From NCBI GenBank assembly GCA_963713825.1, contig CAVQNG010000034.1, positions 91,933-155,932 on the forward strand: 64,000 nucleotides of DNA, given 5' to 3'. The translations under genes and the position numbers were made by a program. The DNA is from an uncultured Acidobacteriota bacterium. GTDB lineage: Bacteria; Acidobacteriota; Thermoanaerobaculia; Multivoradales; JAHEKO01. The notes under the pieces are model-generated. The model was not told the DNA's origin. It searched no databases and was given only the letters and a program-made list of their open reading frames with translations. Below are positions 21,541-33,444 of the stretch, piece by piece; the stretch's first letter is position 1; every line of letters starts with the position of its first letter.

Positions 21541-23061
21541 ATGATCGAGCTGACAGGTACCGGATTGACTCTCGAGCAGTTCGATGCCGTCGTGCATGAG
21601 CAGGAACCCTGCGAGGTCTCGGGCCAGGCCCGAGAGGCCCTGACTCGGTCCAGAGAGGTGATCCAGCGCCTCGAAGCTCGTGCGATGGACGGAGAACCGG
21701 TCTACGGCGTCAATACCGGTTTCGGCGACCTGGCCAGGGTCCGAATTCCCCAGGATCAGATCCGTGTCCTGCAGGAACGGCTGGTCATGAGCCATGCAGC
21801 TGGAGTCGGAGATCCCCTGCCTTCCGAAGTGGTGCGGGGCATGCTTCTACTGCGATCCAACGCCCTGGCGAGAGGCTTCTCTGGGGTGCGGCCGGAGCTC
21901 GTGGAATTTCTGCTCGGCATGCTCAATCGGGACCTCCTGCCGGTGGTGCCAAGTCGTGGCTCGGTCGGAGCCAGCGGCGATCTGGCGCCGTTGGCTCACT
22001 TGGCTCTGCCGGTGATCGGCCGCGGCCGAGTTCGTTTCGAGGGCGAAGAGATGTTGACCGTCGAAGGTCTGCAGCGAGTCGGCCTCGAGCCTGTTGGCCT
22101 CGAACCCAAAGAGGGCTTGGCACTGATCAACGGTACTCAGGCGATGACCTCGCTGTTGGCCCTGGCGGTTCTCGAGGTCCGACGCCAGGTGAAGGTCGCC
22201 GATCTGATCGGCGCCTTGACCACCGAGGCTCTACTTGGCACCGATACCCCTTTTCAAGCGCGGATCCATGAGCTCAGGTCCTACCCGGGTCAGCGTGCGA
22301 GCGCAGCGAATCTCTGGGACCTGATGCAGAGCTCGGGGATTCGTGAATCGCATCGAGAGAATGATCCGCGCGTCCAGGATCCCTATTCGGTCCGCTGCAT
22401 GCCCCAGGTCCACGGAGCCGTGCGTGACGTGCTGACGGATGTAGAGCGTCGCCTCGAGATCGAGATGAATGCTGTCACCGACAATCCACTGGTCTTTGCC
22501 GAGGACGACGAGATCCTGAGTGGTGGCAACTTCCATGGCGAGCCGATTGCCATGGCCGCCGATTTTCTGGCCGTCGCGACGGCCGAGCTGGGCTCCATCA
22601 GCGAGCGTCGAATCGACAAGCTGACCGATTCGACTTTCTCTGGGCTGCCGCCGTTTCTGACCGAGGATCCGGGCCTGAACTCCGGGTTCATGATCGGTCA
22701 GGTCACCGCCGCGGCACTCGTCAGCGAAAACAAGACACTGGCTCATCCAGCGAGCGTCGACTCGATCCCGACCTCGGCGGAGAAGGAGGACCACGTCTCC
22801 ATGGGGATGTGGGCAGCGCTCAAGCTCGGTCAGGTGGTGAGAAACGTCGACCGTATCCTGGGGATCGAGCTGCTGGCCGCCGCCCAGGGGATCGATCTCA
22901 GGCAACCTTTGCATCCAAGTCCGGCTTTGTCGCGGTTGCACGACTCGATTCGCAAGCTGGTGCCGAAATGGGAAGAGGATCGCGAGCTGGCACCCGATTT
23001 GGCCGTGGCGGAGAGATTTATCGCCGAAGACATCGAGCCTCACATTAGCGACCTGCAGTGA
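21541..23061 (+). CDS. hutH: Histidine ammonia-lyase
   Basis: [21 protein letters not shown] (MIO), [28 protein letters not shown]. Confidence 0.96.
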   Translation: MIELTGTGLTLEQFDAVVHEQEPCEVSGQAREALTRSREVIQRLEARAMDGEPVYGVNTGFGDLARVRIPQDQIRVLQERLVMSHAAGVGDPLPSEVVRGMLLLRSNALARGFSGVRPELVEFLLGMLNRDLLPVVPSRGSVGASGDLAPLAHLALPVIGRGRVRFEGEEMLTVEGLQRVGLEPVGLEPKEGLALINGTQAMTSLLALAVLEVRRQVKVADLIGALTTEALLGTDTPFQARIHELRSYPGQRASAANLWDLMQSSGIRESHRENDPRVQDPYSVRCMPQVHGAVRDVLTDVERRLEIEMNAVTDNPLVFAEDDEILSGGNFHGEPIAMAADFLAVATAELGSISERRIDKLTDSTFSGLPPFLTEDPGLNSGFMIGQVTAAALVSENKTLAHPASVDSIPTSAEKEDHVSMGMWAALKLGQVVRNVDRILGIELLAAAQGIDLRQPLHPSPALSRLHDSIRKLVPKWEEDRELAPDLAVAERFIAEDIEPHISDLQ

Positions 23062-23083
23062 TTGCGAGGAGGAAGGACCAGCA

Positions 23084-24736
23084 ATGACCACGAGAACCGC
23101 GATACGGGCTCCACGGGGCACGACGATCAGTTGCAAGGGATGGCAGCAGGAAGCGGCCCTGCGAATGCTGATGAACAATCTGGACCCGGAAGTCGCCGAG
23201 CATCCTGAAGAGCTCATCGTCTACGGCGGTTCGGGCAAGGCGGCCCGCAATTGGGAGTGCTACGAAGCCATCGTCGACAGCTTGAAGAGATTGGAGTCCG
23301 ACGAGACTCTGCTGGTCCAGTCCGGCAAACCCGTGGCCATCTTCCGGACCCACGAAGAAGCACCACGGGTTTTGATCGCCAATGCTCTCCTTGTACCCCA
23401 TTGGGCAACCGCCGACGAATTCCGGCGATTGGAAGGGCTGGGCCTGACGATGTTCGGGCAGATGACGGCAGGTTCCTGGATATACATCGGCACCCAGGGG
23501 ATCCTCCAGGGCACATACGAGACCCTGGCGGAGTGCGCCCGTCAGCATTTCGACGGCTCGCTGCAAGGCACCCTGACCGTGACGGCAGGTCTCGGCGGCA
23601 TGGGTGGAGCGCAGCCTCTGGCGGTCACCATGAACGGTGGAGTCTGCCTGGTTGCCGAGGTCGATCCAAGTAGGATCGAGCGGCGCCTCGAAACCCGTTA
23701 TCTCGATGAGGTCGCGTCCGACATTGCCTCGGGGGTCGAGCAGGCTCTGGCGGCCAAGCGGCAGGGCCAGGCCGTTTCTATTGCCGTCGAGGCCAACGCC
23801 GTGGACCTCCTCGAGTATCTGGTCGAACAAGAGATCACTCCGGAAGCTCTGACCGACCAGACGTCTGCTCACGACGCACTGAACGGCTACTTCCCGCATG
23901 GGATCTCTTTTCAAGCAGCGTTGGATCTCAGAGCGGCGGATCCTGACCTCTACCAGTCGAAGTCATTGGCATCCATGGCGGCCCACGTTCGAGCCATGCT
24001 GGCTCTCCAGAAGCGAGGCGCCGTGACCTTCGACTACGGCAACAATCTCCGTGGTCAAGCACTGGAGGTCGGAGTCGAGGATGCGTTCGAGATCGGCGGA
24101 TTTGTGCCCCTCTTCGTTCGACCTCTCTTCTGTGAGGGCAAAGGACCCTTTCGCTGGGCGGTTCTGTCTGGGGATCCGAAGGACCTCGCAGTCACCGATG
24201 CAGCGATTCTCGAGCTGTTTCCCGAGGATGAAGCCCTCGCCCGCTGGATCCGCCTGGCGCGTGAAAAGGTGGCGTTCCAAGGGCTGCCGTCGCGCATCTG
24301 TTGGCTCGGCTATGGTGAGCGTGCGAAGGCGGGGAAGGCCTTCAACGAGCTGGTGGCTGCCGGCAAAGTATCGGCACCCATTGTCATCGGCCGCGACCAT
24401 CTGGACTGCGGCTCCGTCGCGTCGCCGAATCGGGAGACCGAAGGTATGAAAGACGGCTCGGACGCCATCGCGGACTGGCCGATCCTCAACGCTCTCTTGA
24501 ATGCGGTCAATGGGGCTTCCTGGGTGTCGGTGCACCACGGAGGTGGAGTGGGCATCGGCTACTCCCTACACGCCGGGATGGTGATCGTGGCCGACGGAAC
24601 AGAGTCCGCAGCCAGACGTCTCGAGCGGGTCCTGACCGGCGATCCGGGAATCGGGGTGGTAAGGCACGCCGACGCCGGGTATGAAGAGGCCATCGACAAC
24701 GCGCGTCGCCATGGCATCGATGTCCCCATGCTTTGA
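23084..24736 (+). CDS. hutU: Urocanate hydratase
   Basis: [57 protein letters not shown]. Confidence 0.98.
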   Translation: MTTRTAIRAPRGTTISCKGWQQEAALRMLMNNLDPEVAEHPEELIVYGGSGKAARNWECYEAIVDSLKRLESDETLLVQSGKPVAIFRTHEEAPRVLIANALLVPHWATADEFRRLEGLGLTMFGQMTAGSWIYIGTQGILQGTYETLAECARQHFDGSLQGTLTVTAGLGGMGGAQPLAVTMNGGVCLVAEVDPSRIERRLETRYLDEVASDIASGVEQALAAKRQGQAVSIAVEANAVDLLEYLVEQEITPEALTDQTSAHDALNGYFPHGISFQAALDLRAADPDLYQSKSLASMAAHVRAMLALQKRGAVTFDYGNNLRGQALEVGVEDAFEIGGFVPLFVRPLFCEGKGPFRWAVLSGDPKDLAVTDAAILELFPEDEALARWIRLAREKVAFQGLPSRICWLGYGERAKAGKAFNELVAAGKVSAPIVIGRDHLDCGSVASPNRETEGMKDGSDAIADWPILNALLNAVNGASWVSVHHGGGVGIGYSLHAGMVIVADGTESAARRLERVLTGDPGIGVVRHADAGYEEAIDNARRHGIDVPML

Positions 24737-24789
24737 GGAGAGACAAGGCTACTCCTGCAGGACTCGAATCGCGGGCAGGTAGCCGACTC

Positions 24790-27700
24790 ATGATCAGCAA
24801 TCTCCAGGCCTTCAGGCGGCAGGCGTGGCTCTTGGCGGCGCCGTTTCTGGTCCTCCTGGCGGGTCTTGGTCTCTACGCGCTCGCAACTCTTACCGCCGGT
24901 AACCCCGACCGCCTTCGGGTTGGCATCGAGAGGGGATACATACGAGCCTGGGAAGGACTCGACCGGGTCGCCGAACAGGCGGTGTCGAAGCTGGGAGGGC
25001 CTCCTACGGACGAACCCGGGCTCCTTGCAGCCTTCCAAACGTTGTCCGCGGTGGCAGTCCAGGCGGAGCTTCCCGGCCTCTCGATCTACCTGCTCGATCC
25101 GCAAGGAAACCCGACAGTCTGGTCTGGCGCTGGGATCGTGCACGACCTTGGACCCCGAGATCCGTTGGTGCCGGGCAGGGATTTCTTGGCCAGCTTCAGC
25201 TCGGTCAGTCTGCTGAGCGTCGTGTCCCTCGAAGGCTCTGGCGCCGGCTGGCACCTGGTTGCAGGAAGGAGTTTTTCCGTCGATGGGTTGCCGTTCTCGA
25301 CCTGGATGACAGCGGCTAGAGGCCGGGCTCTCCGATGGTCGATTGTGAAGGAAGGCGCCGCGTCGGCTGATGAGGACGTGCTGAAAATCGAACCAGCCCA
25401 TACGCCAGCTCTCCTGGTCGATCTGGGCTCCTTGTCGCGCTCGACCTGGTGGTACTCGGGAGGCAGCGACTTGGCGAGGGTGGCTTGGCTGACCCTCGGT
25501 CTGCTGCTTCTTGCGCAGGCAGGGTTGCGCTTTCGAGGTGCTGGCCTCGACAGGGAGAAGAGACCCTCCTCACGGGCCGAGTACCGCCGCCTGGGGATGT
25601 GGCTGGCAGCTGGTTTGGCATCTCTCATGTTGGCTAGCGATGGCCCGGTGTGGGCGGTCGCCATGGCTCCCGCAGGTCTGCTACTGACGGTGTTCGGATT
25701 GAGAAGTGCGCCGTTGCACAGCCGGCCCCGTCTTGCCGTCACTGCTGGAGTTGGTGCCGGCGCTGTGCTCTTGGCGGTGTCGATAGCGGTGCAGAGATAT
25801 GGAGGAGCGCAGGAGATTGGACTGGGACTGATGGCAGGGTCCAGTGGCCTGGCCATGGGAGTGGCAATTTTCGCTCTGGCGCTTGGCCTGCTCTCACTCA
25901 CAGTCGGAGGTATCGAAGGCGCCACTCCCGTTGCGAGCCGTTGGGCTTGGCTGGCGCTAGCGATCCTGATCGTGGCCGGAGCTTCTCAAGACCTGACGTG
26001 GGTTGCTGCGGCTGGTGCACTGGTGGCCGGCGCCGCGACGGCGGCATGGTGCTGGACCGGCTTCCGGGGAGTCCGATCGGCCTCGCTTCTGACCCTTGGG
26101 GTCCTGGCGGCAGTGACCGCTGCAGTCCACTGGCAGATCGCCTATCGGATCTGTCGCCTCGATGAGCTGGAGTCGACGGCTCTGCCGGCTACAGCACCAG
26201 CCACACCCGGGGAGCTGGACCGGATCTCTGCGGAGCTGGCCGAGTTCTTCATCGCCAGAAGCGTCGAGGATTTCGTCGTCGGCGAGCCTTCGGACCTGGA
26301 GCGGCAGGATCTGGCATTCGAGGTCTGGAACCGGTCTCCCCTGGCTTCGTACGGTGCTCTGTCAGCCCTCACCGTGGCGTCCCCAGAGGGGTGGCGGTCG
26401 ACATTTTCGTTCGGTCTTCCGATGGGGGAGGAGGGCGATCTGGATCCCGCACCTTCGCGTTGGGAAGGTCTGCGGGTCCCTGGCTGGGAAGAGGCTCTGT
26501 TGGGCGGTGACGGATTTCTACTTTTGCACGGCGAGCCTTGGGCGCGAGTCCATTTCTGGTTGGCGCTGAAGCCGGGGTTTCGTCTCGAGCCCGAAGAGGC
26601 CGAGGATTTGGCGGCCGGCTTGTTGCGAGGCGGTCCTGCTGCTCGCGGGCCCACACAGCAGGGGCTGGGCTCGGCGATCTTCGCGCTCTACGACCGAGAT
26701 GGAGGCCCTGTGTTGACACCATGGCCGGAGGCCCCGCCTCTGGAAGGCCGACTTCTTCAGGGTGGCCGCGGAGTGACACGGACTCCTGACGGCCCAGCGG
26801 ATGTGGCCGCCGCAGCGGATCCAGAAGCTATTCGAGCTCTTCTTCTGCCGCGTCTCGGTCCTCTTGGCGCACTGGAGAAGATTGGTCTCCAGGTCATGGA
26901 TGCGATCGCGGCCGTGGGTCTGTTGGGCTTGATCGTCGTCTTGCCCGGTGTGCGGTGGCGAGATCTCCGAAGTGGTGCTCGCCGCACCTGGCGTTCCTAC
27001 TCGAAGCGCCTGCTCCTGGTCTATGCCCTGCTGCTGCTCGTCCCTCTCTTGTTGATGAATGGGATCGTAGTTCGCCTGCTCGAAGAACGGCTACAGGAAG
27101 AACAGCAGGCTGCAGGCAAGTCGGCCCTCGAATCTGCACAGCAGGTTCTGGGAGAGTACATCCTCTCGCTCCAGCCTGGCTTCGGAATCGATGCGGCTCT
27201 GGACGACGAGTTGTTGATCTGGATTTCGAGCGTCGTCCATCACGAGGTCAATCTCTACTGGCGCAGTAACGTCTATGCCTCGAGCAAGCCCGAGCTGTTC
27301 ACGGCCGGGCTCCTGCCGAAGCGTATTCCGGGAGAGATGTTCTCCAGGTTGACGCTGCTCGGCTACGAGGTCTCCTCCCGCATCAACCGCGCGGGGGATG
27401 TCGAGTATCTGGAGCTCTACGCCCCTCTCACTGTGCCTGGGGTACCCCTTGGCCAGAGTCGGCTGTTCCTGTCGATTCCGCTGCTGGCTCAACAGGAGGA
27501 GACCGAAGCGGAGATCGCAGCGATACGACGTGCAGCGGTTCTGGGAACATCGATTCTTCTGCTTGTGGTGGCGGCGTTGGGCAGCCGATTGGCGCGCGGA
27601 TTCACGAATCCCCTGATGGAGATCGTCGAGGGCACGCAGCGTATCGCCGGGGGAGAGACGTCGCTGCAACTGAACCCTACCGAGCTGGAATTGGCAACGC

Positions 27701-28779
27701 TCGTCGAGGCCATCGACCGCATGGCCAGTCGGATCGCGGAGGGGAGGAGGCTGATTCTCCGCGAAAAGCACGTGGTCGAGATGGTGGTCGACAACATCAC
27801 AGCGGGTGTTGTCTCCTTGGATGGAGAACGTCGGGTGCTGACAGCGAATCGGGTGGCCCTCGAGCTCTTGGCCTGCGAGGTCGGCAGCTCGATCGAGGCG
27901 GCGCTCGACTCCGATTCTCGACTCGAGCCGATTTCTACTTGGCTGAGTCGCGCCGGCAACCGGCTGCTCCAAGAAACAGTGCATCTGGAAGACCCCGACT
28001 CGGAGGAACGTCAGGAATGGTCCCTGGTCTGGGCACCTCTTCCGGGCCCAGGTGAGCCCTCGGCTCTTCTCGTCGTGGAGGACGTGACCGAGGTTCTTCG
28101 AGGTCAGCGTTTGCAGGCCTGGGCCGAAATGGCGCGCATGATTGCCCATGAAATCAAGAACCCGCTGACGCCGATCCGCCTCTCTGCGGAGCATCTGCGC
28201 GAGGTCTATGCCAGCGACCCACAAAACCTGGAGAGCGTCTTCGAAAGTTGCACCACCAACATCTTGAAGCAGGTGGGGGAGCTGCAGGAGATCGCCAGCG
28301 AGTTTTCGACCTACAGCAGAATTCCCAAGATGGATGCGACGCGTGGTGATCTGCTCGAGGTCGTGCAGGAAGTCGTCGATGCCTACCGGACGGCTCCGCC
28401 CCGGGGTGTCGAGATCTCGCTCGCGACGACACACGACACTGTGACCGCCGACCTCGACAACAGGCTCGTGAGTCGCGCGCTGCGCAATCTCATCGAAAAC
28501 GCCCTCAACGCGACTCCAGCCGGGGGCAAGGTGGAGATCCGGGTCGAGGTCGAAGATGGCCTGGCGAGGATCTCCGTTGCCGACAGTGGTCCCGGCGTAG
28601 AGCAGGAGTTGCTGGCGCGGATTTTCGAGCCCTACTTCTCGACGCACGACTCGGGCACCGGTCTGGGTTTGCCCATCGCCTGTCGCATAGCAGAGGAGCA
28701 CCACGGAGGGGTTACAGCTCACAATCGACAGGGGGGCGGATTGAAGGTAACGCTCAGCCTGCCTCTTGCAGCCGACTAG
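24790..28779 (+). CDS. Large multi-TM NtrY-like sensor histidine kinase (HAMP, PAS-like, HisKA, HATPase)
   Basis: AWAEMARMIAHEIKNPLTPI, NLIENA, DSGPG, FEPYFST, GTGLGL; alternative TTG start at 24733. Confidence 0.9.
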   Translation: MISNLQAFRRQAWLLAAPFLVLLAGLGLYALATLTAGNPDRLRVGIERGYIRAWEGLDRVAEQAVSKLGGPPTDEPGLLAAFQTLSAVAVQAELPGLSIYLLDPQGNPTVWSGAGIVHDLGPRDPLVPGRDFLASFSSVSLLSVVSLEGSGAGWHLVAGRSFSVDGLPFSTWMTAARGRALRWSIVKEGAASADEDVLKIEPAHTPALLVDLGSLSRSTWWYSGGSDLARVAWLTLGLLLLAQAGLRFRGAGLDREKRPSSRAEYRRLGMWLAAGLASLMLASDGPVWAVAMAPAGLLLTVFGLRSAPLHSRPRLAVTAGVGAGAVLLAVSIAVQRYGGAQEIGLGLMAGSSGLAMGVAIFALALGLLSLTVGGIEGATPVASRWAWLALAILIVAGASQDLTWVAAAGALVAGAATAAWCWTGFRGVRSASLLTLGVLAAVTAAVHWQIAYRICRLDELESTALPATAPATPGELDRISAELAEFFIARSVEDFVVGEPSDLERQDLAFEVWNRSPLASYGALSALTVASPEGWRSTFSFGLPMGEEGDLDPAPSRWEGLRVPGWEEALLGGDGFLLLHGEPWARVHFWLALKPGFRLEPEEAEDLAAGLLRGGPAARGPTQQGLGSAIFALYDRDGGPVLTPWPEAPPLEGRLLQGGRGVTRTPDGPADVAAAADPEAIRALLLPRLGPLGALEKIGLQVMDAIAAVGLLGLIVVLPGVRWRDLRSGARRTWRSYSKRLLLVYALLLLVPLLLMNGIVVRLLEERLQEEQQAAGKSALESAQQVLGEYILSLQPGFGIDAALDDELLIWISSVVHHEVNLYWRSNVYASSKPELFTAGLLPKRIPGEMFSRLTLLGYEVSSRINRAGDVEYLELYAPLTVPGVPLGQSRLFLSIPLLAQQEETEAEIAAIRRAAVLGTSILLLVVAALGSRLARGFTNPLMEIVEGTQRIAGGETSLQLNPTELELATLVEAIDRMASRIAEGRRLILREKHVVEMVVDNITAGVVSLDGERRVLTANRVALELLACEVGSSIEAALDSDSRLEPISTWLSRAGNRLLQETVHLEDPDSEERQEWSLVWAPLPGPGEPSALLVVEDVTEVLRGQRLQAWAEMARMIAHEIKNPLTPIRLSAEHLREVYASDPQNLESVFESCTTNILKQVGELQEIASEFSTYSRIPKMDATRGDLLEVVQEVVDAYRTAPPRGVEISLATTHDTVTADLDNRLVSRALRNLIENALNATPAGGKVEIRVEVEDGLARISVADSGPGVEQELLARIFEPYFSTHDSGTGLGLPIACRIAEEHHGGVTAHNRQGGGLKVTLSLPLAAD

Positions 28780-28908
28780 CATCGGTGCGACTCCTGCAAT
28801 GGAAGACACCGCTCCAGATTGCGATACGATCGGTCCCCGTTGAGGCCGGCGCGCCGGTGCGGTCGGCCGTACCCATCCGAAAACAGCTCAGATAAGAGGG
28901 GCTCCTTC

Positions 28909-31431
28909 ATGCGACGCATCTTTCTGCTGGCCACAATTCTGCCCATGATCGTTGGTTGTGCCTCAGTGGGTACACAGACCGTGGACAACTCGAGCACAGC
29001 TCCCGAGAGCTCCACCGAGGCAAGTGAAGCCGAGGGTCACGAGGGCCTCCTGACGATGCAGTTCGAGCGCCAGGCGGGGAAGGTGTGGCTCGACCTGCCC
29101 GGCGGTCTCGAGGAAGGTGAGGAGCTCGGGTCGTTCCTCTACGTCGAGGGTCTGGTAGCTGGTCTGGGTTCCAATCCAGTGGGCTTGGATCGGGGCCGCA
29201 TCGGCAGCACGCGGGTGATCAGTCTCCGTCGCCAGGGCAACAAACTCCTGGTGGTCGAGCCCAACCTCCGTTACCGGGCACTCACGACGGATGACTGGCA
29301 GGTGAGGGCCACAGAGGAGTCCTTCGCCACTTCGGTGCTATGGGCTGGAGAGATCGAATCCAAGAGCGTTGGTGGCGGCAACCGTGTGGACTTCACCGGC
29401 TTCCTGGTCAGGGATTCACATGGGGTCGTCTCCACCCTGAGGGACTCCGAGCAGGGAATTTTTGCTCTGGATGAGAGCCGGAGCGCAGTCGACTTCAACG
29501 CCTGCTACGTGTTTCCCGACAACGTGGAAATGGAAGTCCTGCTCACCTACACCTCCGATGAGCCCGGAAGCGAGGTGGCGCGAACGGCACCGACTCCGGG
29601 GAGCTTCTCGTTGGTTCAGCATCACTCCCTGGTTCGACTCCCGGACGACGGCTACCGCCCCCGGCGTTTCGATCCCAGAGCAGCCTCCTACGAGATTCGA
29701 TTTGCCGACTACGCGGCCGCCCTCGATGAGCCGATCGACCGGCGCTGGATCGCTCGCCATCGCTTGGAGAAAGTCACCCCCGGTGCCGGGAGCTCCGCCG
29801 TGGTTGAGCCGATCGTCTACTACGTGGACAGGGCGATTCCCGAACCGGTGCGCAGTGCCGTCGTCGAGGGAGTCAGCTGGTGGGCCGAGGCCTTCGAGAA
29901 GGCAGGCTTCCAGGATGCCTTTCGCGTCGAGGTCCTTCCAGAAGGCATTCATCCGTTCGACGTGCGCTACAACGTCGTGCAATGGGTCCATCGCGAAACA
30001 AGGGGATGGTCCTACGGCGGTGGGGTGACCGATCCGCGCACCGGCGAGATCATCCAGGGTCATGTTCGCCTCGGGTCGCTGCGGGTGCGTCAGGATCGAC
30101 TCCTGTTCGAGGGCATGGCGGGCACCGACAAGACGGGCAGCGGTGCTGCTGATGACCCTGTCGAGCTGGCGCTGGCTCGTATCCGCCAGCTGGCGGCCCA
30201 CGAGGTTGGCCACACGCTGGGCTTGGCGCACAACTTTGCCGCCAGTACCTATGCCGGTCGAGCTTCGGTGATGGATTATCCGGCACCTCTGGTGCGCCCA
30301 GTCGGAGGCGACGAGCTGGATTTCAGCCAGGCCTACGGCGTTGGAGTCGGTTCCTGGGACCTGTTTTCCATTCGTTTCGCCTACAGCGAGTTCGCCCCTG
30401 GAGCTGACGAGGAAGCCGAGCTCGAGAGCATGATCGCGGCGGCTCTCGACGCCAATCACATCTTTCTGACGGACCAGGATGCGCGCCCCGCGGGTGCGGC
30501 CCAGCCGCTGGCGAATTTGTGGGACAACGGCAGCGACCCTGTGGCGCAGTTGCGCGAGGAGATGGAGGTTCGGCGCATCGCGATGCAGCGGTTTGGCCCT
30601 GGCAATGTTCGGCTCGGGACCCCCCTGGCGCTCCTGCACGAGGTCTTCGTGCCCCTCTATTTCCACCACCGCTATCAGGTCACGGCCACGGCCAAGATGC
30701 TGGGCGGAGTCGACTACCGCAATGCCGTTCGGGGTGATGGCCAGCCTCTTGCTTTGCCAATATCCGCCTCCCAGCAGAGAGCTGCTCTGGAGGCCCTGCT
30801 GGAGACCCTGAACCCACAGGCTCTGGACACCCCCGAGTCGGTATTGCAGCTCCTGATGCCGAGACCAGCTGGGTACGGTCGGAATCGGGAAATGCTCACC
30901 GGGGGTACCAATCCGATGTTCGACGCTTTGGGAGCCGCAGGCACGGCCGCCGATATGACTCTGGCTGCCCTGCTGCAGTCGGAGCGCGCTGCTCGCATGG
31001 TGGACCAACATCGCCGCGACGCCTCCCAGCCTGATTTTTCGGAAGTCCTCGAAGCCGTCGTTGCAGCGTCTTTCGCGGACGGTGTCGAGTCGGAGCGGCT
31101 CGCCGGAATCCAGAGACGCATCCAGGAGGTTGTCGTGCGGCGCTTGATAGTTCTGTCCGAAGACCCCGGTGCGGCTGGTGGGGTGAGGGCACAGGTCGAC
31201 TGGCAGCTGGGTCGGATTCTCGAACGTCTCGAGGCCCTGGAGGCAATCGAGTCCCCAGAGGGAGTCCAGGCGGCCTATCTGGCGCTTGCGATCCGGCGTC
31301 ATCAGAACCCGGCGGCCGAGAGGGCCGTGAGCCCTCCGACGGCCTCGCCGCTGCCTCCTGGTGATCCCATCGGCGGGTTCTCGGGCGTTAGAGCGGGGTG
31401 CTCTTGGAGCGAGTCAGTGGGCAGCTGGTAG
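28909..31431 (+). CDS. Zinc-dependent metalloprotease lipoprotein (DUF5117/DUF4953-like)
   Basis: Lipobox MIVGC; AHEVGHTLGLAHN and the Met-turn SVMDYP; start moved to ATG at 28909. Confidence 0.88.
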   Translation: MRRIFLLATILPMIVGCASVGTQTVDNSSTAPESSTEASEAEGHEGLLTMQFERQAGKVWLDLPGGLEEGEELGSFLYVEGLVAGLGSNPVGLDRGRIGSTRVISLRRQGNKLLVVEPNLRYRALTTDDWQVRATEESFATSVLWAGEIESKSVGGGNRVDFTGFLVRDSHGVVSTLRDSEQGIFALDESRSAVDFNACYVFPDNVEMEVLLTYTSDEPGSEVARTAPTPGSFSLVQHHSLVRLPDDGYRPRRFDPRAASYEIRFADYAAALDEPIDRRWIARHRLEKVTPGAGSSAVVEPIVYYVDRAIPEPVRSAVVEGVSWWAEAFEKAGFQDAFRVEVLPEGIHPFDVRYNVVQWVHRETRGWSYGGGVTDPRTGEIIQGHVRLGSLRVRQDRLLFEGMAGTDKTGSGAADDPVELALARIRQLAAHEVGHTLGLAHNFAASTYAGRASVMDYPAPLVRPVGGDELDFSQAYGVGVGSWDLFSIRFAYSEFAPGADEEAELESMIAAALDANHIFLTDQDARPAGAAQPLANLWDNGSDPVAQLREEMEVRRIAMQRFGPGNVRLGTPLALLHEVFVPLYFHHRYQVTATAKMLGGVDYRNAVRGDGQPLALPISASQQRAALEALLETLNPQALDTPESVLQLLMPRPAGYGRNREMLTGGTNPMFDALGAAGTAADMTLAALLQSERAARMVDQHRRDASQPDFSEVLEAVVAASFADGVESERLAGIQRRIQEVVVRRLIVLSEDPGAAGGVRAQVDWQLGRILERLEALEAIESPEGVQAAYLALAIRRHQNPAAERAVSPPTASPLPPGDPIGGFSGVRAGCSWSESVGSW

Positions 31432-31461
31432 GGCAGGCCCGTGGTAAGGTAGCTCGCGATC

Positions 31462-33444
31462 GTGAGTCAGAAAAAGCTGTCATCGAAGGCCTACGAGTTG
31501 AAGCCGGGTGAGAAGTATGTCCCGTTCACAGCGGGGCAGACGCTGCCGGAGTTCACCTTCAAGGCGGCGATTTCGGGCATCCTCCTCGGTGTCATCTTCG
31601 GGGCCGCGAATACCTACCTGGGGCTCAAGGCCGGTCTGACCATCAGTACCTCCATCCCGGTGGCGGTCTTGACGGTCGTGGCGTTTCGGCTGTGGGGTGC
31701 CTTTGGCGGCAAGCACAGCATTCTGGAAGCCAACATGTCGCAGACCATCGGCTCTGCCAGCTCTTCGGTGGCGTCCGGTGTGCTGTTCACGATTCCCGCC
31801 CTCTTCATCTGGGGTATGAACCCGGCCTGGCGTCAGATAACGCTGTTGGCGATGTGCGGCGGATTGATCGGTGTGTTGGCGATGATTCCCTTGCGGCGCT
31901 ATCTCATCAAGCGCGAGCACGGAGTCCTGCCGTATCCCGAGGGTCTGGCCTGTGCCGAGGTCCTGGTTGCGGCGGAGAGCGGCGGTCGGCAGGCGGCACC
32001 TGTCTTCTGGGGTATCGGCGTGGGAATGCTGTTCAAGCTGATCACCGATGGCTTCCGGATCGTGCACGACGAGTTCGAGCAGGTCCTGGCTTTCAAGGCG
32101 AACCTGGCGATCGCCGTTTCACCGGCTCTGATCGGCGTCGGGTACATCCTGGGAATCCGCATCGCCACGGTAATGGTCGCCGGCGGCGCGCTGTCGGCTT
32201 TTGTGATCATTCCCCTGATCAACTTGTGGGGGAGCGGGCTTGCGGAGCCACTCTTCCCCGAAACGCAAAAGCTCATCGTCGACATGAGCGCTGGTCAGAT
32301 CTGGAACCGCTATGTGCGCTATATCGGGGCTGGAGCGGTGGCAACCGGCGGCATCATTACCCTGGTCAAGTCGATTCCGACGATGATCGAGTCCTTCAAG
32401 CTGGGTGTGGCGCAGATTGGCAAAAGTAGTGGCGCCCAGGCGGTGGATCGTACGGACCAGGATCTCTCCTACAGGTTCATGCTGTTGGCCCTGCTTGGAA
32501 TCTTGGCGGTGTTGACTTTCGTGCCGGGAATTCTGGGTTATCTCGACTCGATAGCGGCGCGAGCAGTCGCCAGCGTCGCCATTGCTGTTTTCGCGTTCTT
32601 CTTCGTCACTGTGAGCTCACGAATCGTCGGGCTCGTCGGCGTCACCTCCAACCCAACTTCTGGGATGACCATCGCCACGCTGCTCGGTACCAGCCTGATC
32701 TTCTACCTGTTGGGATGGACCGATATGGCCGGCAAGGCGACAGCCCTGATGGTCGGCACCGTGGTCTGCATCGCCGCATCGATCGCCGGTGATACGTCAC
32801 AGGACTTGAAGACGGGGTTTCTCCTGGGGGCGACGCCACGCAAGCAGCAGATCGGAGAGCTGATCGGCGTCATTACATCGGCCGGCGTCGTCTGTGCCGT
32901 TGTGATGATGCTGAACAACACCGTCGAGGGTGGGTTGGGGGGTGCCGAACTGCCGGCGCCGCAGGCCGTTCTGATGGCGCTGGTCATCGACGGGGTACTG
33001 GATCAGAACCTTCCCTGGACCCTCATCCTCATCGGCGTGGCGATAGCGGGCGTGGCGGCGCTGTTCAAGGTTCCCGTGCTGGCCTTCGCTGTCGGTGTCT
33101 ACCTGCCTCTGTCCACCATGGCTGCGGTCTTCCTGGGCGGCTTGGTGCGTTGGTGGCTGACCAGGGCAGCCGACCCGGCTGTCGCCGAGCACAGGCGAGA
33201 GCAGGGCGTCCTTTTCGGTTCCGGTCTGGTCGGTGGGGGCGGCCTCACGGGTGTGCTGCTGGCGATCTGGGTGGGTATGCGAGGTGGTCGCCGGATCGAA
33301 GGCTTCTCGGAAGTCATCTCCGAGCGAGCTGGCAACGTGATGGCCCTCTTGGCCATCTTCGCAATACTCGGCTTGATGGCTTTCTTCGCGAGCCGCGGAT
33401 CTCCGGCGGATGACGATGGTCGGGCCGGCGACGAGTCGCAGTGA
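31462..33444 (+). CDS. OPT family oligopeptide transporter
   Basis: YLGLKAGLTISTSIP, LPYPEG, SNPTSGMTIATL, QDLKTGFLLGATP, APQA. Confidence 0.93.
   Translation: MSQKKLSSKAYELKPGEKYVPFTAGQTLPEFTFKAAISGILLGVIFGAANTYLGLKAGLTISTSIPVAVLTVVAFRLWGAFGGKHSILEANMSQTIGSASSSVASGVLFTIPALFIWGMNPAWRQITLLAMCGGLIGVLAMIPLRRYLIKREHGVLPYPEGLACAEVLVAAESGGRQAAPVFWGIGVGMLFKLITDGFRIVHDEFEQVLAFKANLAIAVSPALIGVGYILGIRIATVMVAGGALSAFVIIPLINLWGSGLAEPLFPETQKLIVDMSAGQIWNRYVRYIGAGAVATGGIITLVKSIPTMIESFKLGVAQIGKSSGAQAVDRTDQDLSYRFMLLALLGILAVLTFVPGILGYLDSIAARAVASVAIAVFAFFFVTVSSRIVGLVGVTSNPTSGMTIATLLGTSLIFYLLGWTDMAGKATALMVGTVVCIAASIAGDTSQDLKTGFLLGATPRKQQIGELIGVITSAGVVCAVVMMLNNTVEGGLGGAELPAPQAVLMALVIDGVLDQNLPWTLILIGVAIAGVAALFKVPVLAFAVGVYLPLSTMAAVFLGGLVRWWLTRAADPAVAEHRREQGVLFGSGLVGGGGLTGVLLAIWVGMRGGRRIEGFSEVISERAGNVMALLAIFAILGLMAFFASRGSPADDDGRAGDESQ

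Noticed and set aside
1700-31302. Long antisense ORFs (e.g. 1700-3025, 9430-10863, 27091-28809, 29416-31302)
   Set aside because: They shadow well-supported genes on the opposite strand, which is expected at high GC, and show no recognisable motifs.
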